From Camelus dromedarius (lineage: Eukaryota), in assembly GCF_036321535.1 (NCBI RefSeq), contig NC_087436.1, positions 105,216,001-105,280,000 of the forward strand: a stretch of DNA of 64,000 bases, written 5' to 3'. Position 1 is the first letter of the stretch. Every line of letters begins with the position of its first letter. Below the pieces are notes generated by a model that did not search any database, was not told where the DNA came from, and saw nothing but the letters and a program-made list of their open reading frames with translations. Below, piece by piece: positions 28,101 through 40,100 of this stretch. The translations under genes and the position numbers were made by a program.

Positions 28101-31100
28101 AGGGTATAATTTCCAATTCATTTCATTAGGCCAATGTTACTCCAATGCCAAAACCAAAAAAAAAAGTTGTAAGAAAACTAAAGACCACTATACTTAATGA
28201 ACACAAACTCAAAATTAATAAAATTTTAGTCAATCAAAAACACATACATAAAGGCAGTAATACATCATGATCAAGTGTAGTTGACCCCAGGAATGCAAAG
28301 TTGCTTTAATGTTTGGATTCAGTCAGTGCTATTCATTATATAACAGTCTAAAAAAATTATCTTCTCATTAGATGCAGAAAAAAAGGCACTTGACAGAAAT
28401 CAAACATCCATTTGTGATAAAGATTCTCAAAAAACTAGAAACAGAAAGGGACTTCCACAACCTGATAAACGGCATGCAAGAAAAATCTACAGCTGACACC
28501 ATATTAATGAGAGACTGAATGCATTCCTCCTGAGACCGAGATAAAGCAAGGCTACCTATTCTTAACATTTCTACTCAACACTGACTGGGAATCCTAGCCA
28601 CTTTGATAAGGCAAGAAATAAAAGGCATAGATTAGAAAGGAAACATTAAAACCTCTTTATTCACAGGCAACATGATCATGTATGTAGAAAGTCCTAAGGA
28701 AATCTTCAAAAAAGCTGCTAAGACTAGTAAGTAAGCTTAAAAAGGATAAAAGATTAATATACAAAAATCAATTGCAATATTATAAACCAGCAATAACTGA
28801 AATCTGAAACATAACAATTTAAAACAGCATTAAAAATATAAAATATTTAGGGATAAATCTGACAAGAGATACATAACCCCACTACACTGAAAATTACAAA
28901 ATGTCACAGAGAAAAATTAAAGATGATTTAGCAACTGGAGAGATATACCCTGGCCATGGACTAGAAATCTCAGTATTATTAAGATGTCAATTCTCTTGAA
29001 TTTTACCTATAAATTCAGCAAAATTTCAATTAAAATCCCAGCAGGGCTTCTTGTAGATACTGAAAAAAATGATTCTAAAATTCATATGAAAAAGATAAGG
29101 ATATAGAACAGCCAAAACAGCTTTGAAAAAGAAAAGCAAAATTAGACTTTCAACACTACCTGATTTCAAGACAACTTACTATAAATTCACAGTAATCAAG
29201 ACAATGTGATCATTGTATAAAAATATACATATGGGTCAGTAAAACAGAGCAGAGAATCCAGAAAAAGACCCACATAAATGGTCAACAGCCTTTTGACAAA
29301 GGTGCTGCAGCAGGCTGAACAATGCCCCCACAAAGATGCCCATATCCTAATCCCTAGAACCTAAGAATTTGGCCAAAGGGACTTTGCAGATGTGATTAAG
29401 TCAATGATCTTGAGATGGGAAGATTATCCTGTATTAACTGAATGGGCCCAATGTAATCACAAGGGTTCTTTCAAGAAAGCGGCAGTATAAAGTTAGGGAG
29501 AAGACAATGAGATGACAGAAACTGAAACTGAAGTGACGTACTTTGAAGATGATGAAAGGAGCCACAAGTCAGGAAATATAGGCAGCCTCTGGAAGCTGGA
29601 AAAGGCAAGAAGACAGATTCTCCCTTGATTCTTCGGAAGAAACACCCTCTCCTGCCAACAGCTCAACTTTAGTCTAGTGAGACTGATTGTGAACTAGGGA
29701 CCTCCAGAACTGTAAGAGAATAAATCTGTGTTGTTTAAAGCCACCAACTTGATTACCAAGTTTGTGGTAATCTATGACCGCAACAAAAGGAAACTAAATC
29801 AGGGGCCAAGTCAATTCAATGTGGAAAGGATAAAACTTTCAACAAATACTGCTGAAGAAGTTCAAAAGCCTGACCCTTATGTCATAACACATTGAAAAAC
29901 TAAGCCAAAATGGATCATAACCTAAATCTAAGAGCTAAAACTATGAAACTTCTAGAAGAAAACACAGGAGAAAATAATGATTGAATTCGGCAAGAATTTC
30001 TTAAATAGGACTTAAAAAGCACAAAGTATTTAAAACAACAATAAATTGGACATTCAAATTTTAAACTTTTTTCCTCAAAATACACTCATCAAAAGCAATA
30101 AAAGAAAAAAAAATTGGACTTAATCAAAATTAAAAACTTTTGTGTTGCAAAGGATACCATCAAGAAAATGTAAAGACAACTCAAGAACGCAAAAATGTTT
30201 GCCAATAGTATATCTGGTAAAGGAACTGCAGCTACAATACATAAGAACTCGTAACTCAACAATAAAAAAAAATTAGCCCAATTTAAAAAATAGCAAAGAA
30301 AATGAATAGACATTTCTCCAAAGAAGATATACAAATAGCCAATAAGCACATGGAAAGATGCTCAACATCTTTAGCCATCAAGGAAATGCAAATCAAAACG
30401 TGTTACCACATCACACCCACCACGATGCTTATTAACTAAAAAGACAGATAATTGTATTGTGGAGAATGGAGACAAACTGGAACCCTCATAAATTGCTAGT
30501 GGGAATGTAAAATGATGTAGCTACTTTGGAAAACAGCTTGGTAGTTTTGTACTGTTAAGCATGTATTTATCATATGATCCAGCCATTCTACTCCTAGGTA
30601 ATTACTCAAGAGAAATAAAAACATGAGTCTGCAAAAAAACTTATACACAAATGTTCATAGATGGTTTATTTGATAGGCAATAACTAGAGGCAACCTAAGT
30701 GTCTAAAAACAAGTGAAAATATATCGTTGCAACAGAATATTATTCAGGAATAAGAAGGAATGAATTAATGATACACACACCAACACGGATGAATATCAAA
30801 AATAGTTATGCCAAGTAAAAGAAGCCAGACACACCTCCCCTCAAAAAATAGTATATATTGTATAATTCCTTAATACAAAATTCCAGAAAATGCAAATTAA
30901 TCTATAGTGACAGAAAGCAGATCAGTGGTTGCCTGCGGTGTTTGGGGACGGAGGAATACAGGACGATGGCAGAAGAGGAAACTTCTGGCAGTAATGATAT
31001 TCTTAATTGTGGTGATGGTTTCACAAGATACCTTCATGTCAAAACTCGTCAAAAAAAAAAAAAAAAAGAGTATTTCCACCAGAAAAAAAAAAAAGACTAA

Positions 31101-34100
31101 TGTAGGTAAAGGAGGGGTTTTGTTCCAGAGAATCTGATCAAAGAGTTTATTAAATGGATTCTAGTTTCCCAACTTAATTTTCACTCCTCCATGTAACTAT
31201 GATTTCAAAGCAATGAGTACTATGAATGTTTGTCTCTTTGTGATGATTTGATTTGATTTTAAAAACTAAATTAATTGGACTTAATAGTAGAAACATTTGA
31301 CTAGTATACTTGTTAAAAAATGTTTTAAGAACCTAAAGTTTGAATCAACACATTGAACTATTAAGTATATTTAAAAGTATCTTAATGGACTTAAAAGTAC
31401 CGTACGTTCTTTTACCATGTGTTAGCTAATAAAAAACTTTCAAGAAAAAAAGAACAAAGGAGTTAAACAAACATATAGACTTGGAAGAACTCAGGGTATA
31501 TGGTTATCTAACCTTGATCCTTCATGAAGAACCTGTTGAACAACTGGATGCCAAGCAGAAAGGACAACCATCCCAAATAGGAGCACTTCTGAAAGCTCTG
31601 GGACAGATTTCTCCAAGAAGATGAAACTGATGGATGATGCTACATCTGAATGTTCTAAAAGGATTCAAATAATCCTGGCAGAGTCTGCAGTTGAATCAGT
31701 GATAAGTGCATAAATAACTAAGCAAACAGCACTTTAACAGCAAAAAATTCCAAAACTGCTATTAACTAGGAGGAAAACAAAAAGCAGTGTAGGAAAGACG
31801 TCATTATGAGCTATACATTTTTTATATAAATGGAATCTTATGATAGCCATATAGATATCTTTATTTAAAAATTTTTGATTAGTAAAAGCTTTTAAAAAAA
31901 TTAAAACTGCTAGAGGATGAATTTCAGGCAAATAGGAGATAAGCGAAGAAAGTACAGCAAAGGGGCTGTCAGTCAGCACTAAATCCATTTAACCACAGAA
32001 TAAAAACAGAAACAAATATGGGTATTATAGGTAGAGTACAAAATGTAAATAATATAAATCTAAATAAAAGTGGTAGGAGAAGGGGAATAGAAAGTGGGAG
32101 GTAGTGGAAGTATACTGATTTTCTCATGTTTTAGAGCCAGGGGACAAAAGATATCATTTAAAACTGAACAATCAAAAGAGCTACAAGCACTATTGAAAGA
32201 CATAAAAGTTAACCCTAAAAAGAAATAATCAACTAAAATTGGATAGTAATCGTAGAAAAAAAGAGAAAGGAAAAAGAAATATACTAAGTCATCAATTCTC
32301 ATTTTTAGATGAAGACAATCTTTAAAAAAAAAAAAGGATTAAATATGGTATAAAAAGTTACAAAAGCAACGATTAGAACAAAAATATAGAAGAAACACAC
32401 ATTAAAAAAAGAAAAGCAAACACAGACCAGAACGTGAAAGAGAATAAAAAGAGGCAATAAAAACAGAAAGCATAAAACAATACAATAAAACTAAGACCAA
32501 GCATATCCGTCATATCCACTATGAAAACAGGCTATATCCACCCATTAAAAGAAAGCCTGTCAGACTGGATCACAAAGCAAAATCCAATCACCCCATTTCA
32601 TCACTTCTAAGATGCATACATTTTCACATTTTAGCATCTACAGTATTGAGATGTGATTTGTAACTGCCATCAGCCAGACCACAAGTGGAGTGTCACTGCC
32701 ATTACCCTATGATCCAGTCCCAAAACACAAAGTTACTACACATGCAGTCAGGAACCAGAACAGAGCAATGAAGGTGAAGCATACGTTTCACGTTAGAGAA
32801 GTAAATTTTCATCGTTGGATAAATGATGAAAACAATCAAGGGCTTTATAGGAAAAAGGAGAAAGGAAGCTCCCCAAATAGATGATGCTGTATCAGGTCCT
32901 GTTGCTTAAACGCATACAAAAGGACTGCCTGTCACATACCAAGCAATGCCAACTGAATGCAGGAGAAGCTGCAGAATCACCAGGAAGAGATGAAAGTTCA
33001 AAGCAATGAGGAGCTAGTGTGACAATTCCCTCACTATATAGGACTATCTTAAGGCACTAAGTTTATTTTAAAAGAAGGAAAAGAAGAACAACGTAAAATG
33101 AAACTCCACTGATGTATTTTTTTGTGCCTTGTCAAAACTGTCCTTCAGAAAGCTTTTATTGCTAGTTTATTAACCTCCTCTTGACAAAGATCAACTGAGA
33201 TCTTGTGCATATTTCTCTCTATTCAAAATCACATCATAATCATTCAACCATATGGCTTTAAATTTAACATTCAGACACAAGTTTTTTTTTTTAAGTTTGG
33301 TAGGAAGAACCTGAGACTCTCCAGAGCTAAGGATTATTCAGCGCACCCTCCTTATTTGTACTTACAACACATAACCCAGGGTGTGAGGAGAAGAAATTCA
33401 TTCTGCTGCATGGCTCAGCATGACTCACAAATTGCAGGCTAGCATTCTGAAATGTCATTTTTATTGATCTCCATTTGCTGTTCCATTTGCCTTTCCGGGA
33501 GTAGACAAATGTTTATGGCATTTCCCTAATAGCAGACCTTGAATATTTGAGTTTAAATAAGCCCTGAAAAAAACATAACCAAATGAAACATCAACTAAAC
33601 AAAACTATCTGGATGCACATAAATTAATGCTGATTTTAGCATTAAAATATATCTTCCCTAAGACTTCATGGGTCATGATAAAGGTGTCAATATACCACAT
33701 AGTAGAATAACACATTTCAGGGCATAACAGGCAGCTAAAAACTATGTAGAAAGTCAAGTCTCAGGCACAAAATGTAAATCTGTCAACTGAACGCATGTGA
33801 AATACATAGCATGGCTCAAAGAGTGAGATTAGAAAAATGAGTATCAAATCCTGTTCTGTAGAACCTACAAATCCGTGCAGCACTGCCAGGTCCACAACAA
33901 AAATCAAACAACAAAGGTCAATTTACTTCAACAGCTACCAGTCTTCCTCACTAACAATTTCAAAACTAAACTGGCCAATGAAACGCTATTGCTGTGTCAC
34001 AGCAACAGATAAAACGTTTGCTTTTTAGACTAGGGATAATGTTTAAATGCATTTTAACCCTTTCAAATATAATTATTTAATAAGATAACTTATGAGTTGT

Positions 34101-37100
34101 GCAAAGTTAAATTAGAAAATAATTATAATCTCAAGTAATAGTATGTCACCCTTAGGTCTGTTTACATGCAAGAATAAACTGCTAGTCTCAAGCTACAGCA
34201 CACTAAGGGAATAAGTAATTAATAACACAGAATAGGTAATTTAGTAATCCCTTGGTTTGAAAAGCCAAAATTTTTAATTCTGAGGAATGATTGATTTCAA
34301 AGCATTTAAGAAACCATAACAGCTTGAATTATCAAATGATGCAGTGAAATCAATGATACTACATTTCAAAAAGCTTACACTTTAACCCGTCCTCTAAAAC
34401 CTGTTCAAATTCCATCTCCTTAAACTGTATTGATCAGCTAAGATACAAGTGAGCTGTAAAGCTTCTGACTTTCCAGAGTATTCAATGCTGTCTATGAATA
34501 CTGTCGACACTTAACACATTCTTCTTTTTACTGTATCATCTTTTTTTTAATAAACTTTATTCTTTTAGAGCAGTTTCAGGTTCACAGCAGAAATGAGCAG
34601 AAAATACAGAGAGTTCACACACAGCCCTCCCCACCCACACATATATACTCCCCTACCCTCAACATCCTTCATCAGCGTGGCATATTTGGTACAATTGATG
34701 AACCAGCATGGACACATTATTATCAACCAAAGTCCATAGTTTACATTAGAGTTCACTCTTGATATTGTACATTCTATGGGTTTTGACAAATGCACAATGA
34801 CATGTAGCCACCACTATAGTATCATACAGAATAACTTCATTGCCCTAAAAATCCCTTGTGCTCCATCTATTCATTCCTCCCTCCCTCTCCTCAAACCCAT
34901 GGAAACCACGATCTTTTTATTGTTTCTGTAGCTGTGCCTTTTCTAGAATGTCATTTGGTTGGAATCGTACAGTATGTAGCCTTTTCAGACTGGCTTCTTT
35001 CATTTAGTAATATGTCTTTTAAGTCTCTTCCATGTCTTTCATGGTTTTATAGGTCATTTTTTTTTACTACACATGCATTTTTAACTTACATATATCTACT
35101 GTTCACTGTTTCTAAGAACATTTAGAACTTTATCTTTTAAAACTTACATAATTATCAAAGGAATAGAGCCAACCACAAAATTAGAATTAATTCAAAAAGA
35201 TACATATACCCCGTTACTAACAGCAACATTATTTATAATTGCCAAGATATGGAAGCATCCTAAGTGCACATCAATAGTGAATAGTCTATGAAGATGCAGC
35301 ATATATAAATATATGTGATGGAATACAACTCACCCATAAAAAAGGATATTTTGCCATTTGTGGCCCTTCATTCACTTTTTTTTTTCACTTCAAAAACCAG
35401 AATTTTATAACTGGCAGAAACATTTCCATTACATCAAAAACAACAAAATACCTAGAAATAAACTTAACCAAGGAGGTTACCTATACTCCAAAAACTGAAA
35501 CGACACAAAGAAATGGAAAGATTTCTTGTGCTCTTGGATTGGAAGAATCAACACTATCAATATGTCCACACTACCCAAAGCAATCCACAGACACACTGCA
35601 ACCCCAATCAAAATACTCATGACATTCCTCACAGAACTAGAGCAAACAATTCCAAAATTTATAAGGAACCACAAATGATCCAGAACAGCCAAAGCAATCT
35701 TTTGTAGGTCTCTTTTTTTTTTCTTTCTTCTTTTTGTTCTCTTTTCTTATGGTTTGACAACTAGAGAAGGTCCTTTAACGTTTGTTGTAAAGCTGGTATG
35801 GTGGTGCTGAAATCTTTTAGCTTTTGTTCATCTGTGAAGGTTTTGATTTCTCCATCAAGTCTGAATGAGAGCCTTGCTAGATACAGTATTCTTGGTTGTA
35901 AGTTTCCCCTTTTCATCACTTAAATATATCATGCCACTCTCTTCTGGCCTGTAGAGTTTCTGTTGCAAAATTAGCTGATAACTTTATGGGAGTTCCCTTG
36001 TATGTTATTTGTTGCTTTTCTCTTGCTAATTTTAATATTTTTTCCTCATCCTTAATTATCAATTTGATGACTATGTGCCTTGATGTGTTGTTCCTCTTTG
36101 GGTTGATTCTGTGAGGTACTCTCTGTGCTTCCTGGACTTGGGTGACTGTTTCCTTTCCCAAGTTGGGGGACTATTCAGTGATTATCTCTCCAAAAACTTT
36201 CAGGCCCTTTCTCTCTTCTTTCTGAGAACCCTATAATGTGAATATTAGTGCACTTCATGTTGTCCCAGAGTTCTCTTAAACTATCCTATTTCTTTTCATT
36301 CTTTTTTTCCTTTTTCTGTTCTGCAGTAGTGATTTCCATTAATCTGTCTTCTAGCTCACTGATCCGTTCTTCCGCCTCATTTAGTCTGTTCTTGGTTCCT
36401 TCTAGTGTATGGGTCATTTCAGTGATTTTATTCAACTCTGGATATTCTTTATATTTTCCAACTCTTTGCTAAAAACTTCGCTCTGTGCATCTATACTTCT
36501 CTTGCATTCTCTGAACATCTTGGCCATCATTACTTTAAACTCTTTCTCAGATAAATTTCCTGTCTCATCACTTATTTCTTATTCTGGGATTTTATCTTGT
36601 GCCTTACCCTGGGAGATATTCCTTTGCCAACTCATATCGTCTATCTTTCTATGTGTCTGTGGATTCCTTCCACAGGCTTTGGGATTATTGTTTTCTTAGT
36701 TCTAGTATATGCCCCTGGTGCATGAGGCTGGACTAGAGGCTTATGCAGGTTTCCTGGCAGGAGGAGCCAGTGCCTGCCCGCTGCTGGGTGAAGCTTGGTC
36801 CTGGACCTCTGGTGGGTAGGGCTGTGTCTAGAAGCCTTTGTGGCTTAGGAAGTCTGATGATGATGGGTGGAGCTGTGTTCCCACCCTGTATGTTGTTTGG
36901 CCTGAGGCTTCTATACAGGCTGTTGGGTAGGGCTAGGTCTTGATGCTAATGATCCAGTCAAGATGTCAGCCTCCAGGAAAGCTCATGTAGATGAACACTC
37001 CCAGAATGTCTGCCACCAGCTTTTATGTCCCCTGAGTGAGCTGTAGCCGTCCCCCACATCCCCAGGAGACCCTCCAAATCCAGCAGGCAGATCTGGCCCA

Positions 37101-40100
37101 GGTTCTTATGAAATCACTGCCTCTGCCCTTGGACCTGTTGCATGTGACCTTCCGTGGGCACTTCCCAAGAGAATGGAGTCTCCATTTCCCCCAGTTCTAT
37201 GAGGCTCCCAGAGCCAAGCCCCCTGGCCTTCAAAACCAGAGGTACTGGGGTCTCCTTCTCTACCCAATGCCGAACCCGGGCTGGGGAGCCTGACGTGGGG
37301 CTTAGAGCTCTCACTCCTGTGGGAGGGCCTCTGCAACTTAACAAATCTTCAGTTTATGGGTCACCGACCTGAGGGGTATGGGGCCCAATTATATTGCAAG
37401 CACACCCCTCCTACCAACCTGCTGTGGTTTCCTCTTTATGTTTCCAGTTGCGGATCTTTGTTGCTAGGTTCCAGTCTTTTTTCAATGATTGTTTAGCATT
37501 CAGTTGTGGTTTTGTTGCAGCTGCGAGGAGAGGCAAGCTCGTGGTCCTACCACTCCGCCATTTTGACTAGAAATCTTTACTGTATCATCTTTAAATATAG
37601 CTCAACTCCATTACTAGCCTTTTAAGTTCTTTTTGAGCCCTTAAAAAAGAATGAATAAACAATTGGATGAATGGATGGATGGATGCAGGAAGGGAGGAAC
37701 GGAGGCTTGGGCAACAAAACTTGAAGTTATAGGTCACAGATGATTTAAGATGATGAAAATTACTTTATCAGAACATGCTCTCAAAAACCAGCACTAAATA
37801 ACAGATAAAATTACAGCCTCCAAGAAATAACTTTAACTTAAAAAAAATTTAATGCTTCATATTTTAGCCAGTGCTTTTATATTCTAATTAACATGAAATA
37901 TGAATTTCAGGAATTTTTTAGTATCAAGAACCATACTCTGGCAGGACAAAAATTTGAACTGTGGTTTAGCTCCAGATTAACATTTTATCATGTAAGGAAA
38001 GAAGAACGTCTAAATTTTCTTATGGAGTTCAACTGAATCACCAATATCCTTATGTAATAAAATGAACTACATGCTTATTAGACAAAAGTGGTAAGGCAAA
38101 GGACAAAACCATGTACACATGATGACCATAACCTTGTAAAACAAACCTTTGCATATTAAAAAAAGGTCAGGAGGAGGTACTACAAAATGACCAAGGTCCT
38201 GGGTTCAAAGAGAGAAACCATGGGTGATATTTTTCTATTTCCTACTTTCTGCTTCTTCAATATTCTATTTTATCTCATTAAGCTATATAGTCTCATAATA
38301 ATATATTTCTACAAAATTCTTTATGTCTAAAGCCTTATATTTCCTTAAATTAAATTACTATACATCATATATTAATTACTATCTGCTTTTATGCCTAAAA
38401 ACACCACTTCAGAATCAAAGAGGCATAAGTCTGAATCACTGCTCAGTCATTCTAGCAGTATGAAGTTGATGAAGTTACTTGTCCAAGTCTCAGTTTTCTC
38501 CTCTAAGTAAACCACCTTGGCAGGATTAAATAATATCTCGTGGAAAACAGCTAGCATAGTGCCTAGCTCAGTGGTGCTCAATCTACATTAATTCCCTTTT
38601 CAACATTTTTCATTGTTGATTCAATTCCCATAAATTAAGCAGACATCACTGATTAAGTTCAGTAGTTAAGGAGCAATCAAGTTATCTTAAAAGCCTCCTC
38701 CATCAAAGGGCCTTAAAATCTTAAACTCAGAAAGACATTTTTAACAGATCCCAGTACTTCTTTCCTCTTACCCTGGCTAAGATCTCAGAAACCTCTTAAA
38801 CATAGGAGCCCAGGTAACCAGAAGGAGCTGTCATGAGAGTGAAAACCTATGTCATCAGCAACCTAGACCACAGGCCCCTTCGTGAGTTTCTCCCAGTGAA
38901 CAGAACACGACGCCTACAACACAGGAGGGGGATGAGTTCTTTTCACAGGTTTGCCAAAAAATTAATCTCTGACTCAATTCCAGTTCACCCAATAAAATAT
39001 TTTTAAATGCAGATTTTTAAAAATAGATGTATACAGCTTTTAAAAATTTTTTGTGGTTCTTTTAATATTTCTAAAAGGAAAATTACAGTAAATCTTCATG
39101 AGATTGGATTGGGCAATGAATTCTTGGCTATGATACCAAAAGCACAAGCAGTAATATCAAAAGAATTGATGTTGGACTTCATCAAAGTTAAAAACTCTTA
39201 TGTTATCAAAGGACATCACTGAGAAAGTGAAAAGACAGCCTACAGAATGGGAGAAAACATTTTCAAATCATGTAATAAGGGTGTAACATCTAGAACATAT
39301 AAAGAACTCCTGCAACTCAACAACAAAAAGATGAACAACCTTATTAAAAATGGACAAAGGACTTGAACAGACACTCCCCCAAGAAGACATACAAATGGCC
39401 AAAAAGCATATGAAAAAATGGTCAGCATCATTAGTAATGAGGGAAATAAAAATCAAAACCGCAATGACATACCACTTCACAACTGCTAGGATGGCTATAA
39501 TAAAAAATACAGAAAATAGCACATGTTGGTAAGGACATGGAGAAATTGGAACCCTCATGCATTGCTGGGGGGAATGTAAAATGGTGCAGCCACTGTAGGA
39601 AACAGGTTAGCAGTTCCACAAAAAACTAAATATAGTATTATCATATGATCCTGTAATTCCACTCCTAGGCATGTATGCAAAAGGAATAAAAAGAGGGACT
39701 CAAACAGATATTTATACTGATGCTTTGAGTATTAGTCACTATACCCAAAAAGTAGAAACACCTGAGTGTCCATTGACAGATGAACAAAATATGGTACATG
39801 TATACAATGGAATATTACTCAGCCATTAAAGGGATAAATTTCTGACACATGCTACAACATGGATAGGCCTTGAAAACATGCTAAGTGAAGTAAGCCAGTC
39901 ACAAAAGGACAAATATTGATAATTTCACTTATCTGAGGTTCCTAGAATAGTCAAACTCATACAGACAAAAAGTAGATTAGAAGTTACCAGGGACTGGGGG
40001 AAGGTGGAATAGGGAGTTACTGCTTCATGGTGACAGAGTTTCCATTTAGGGTGATGAAAAAGTTTTGGAAATTGATAGCAGTGATGGTTGCACAACACTG

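Noticed and set aside
27457..28116. Longest ORF in the track (219 aa) and overlapping ORFs
   Set aside because: No recognisable domain; spans a GC-rich probable old L1 5' remnant, a MER58-like piece and an L1 fragment in intron 3
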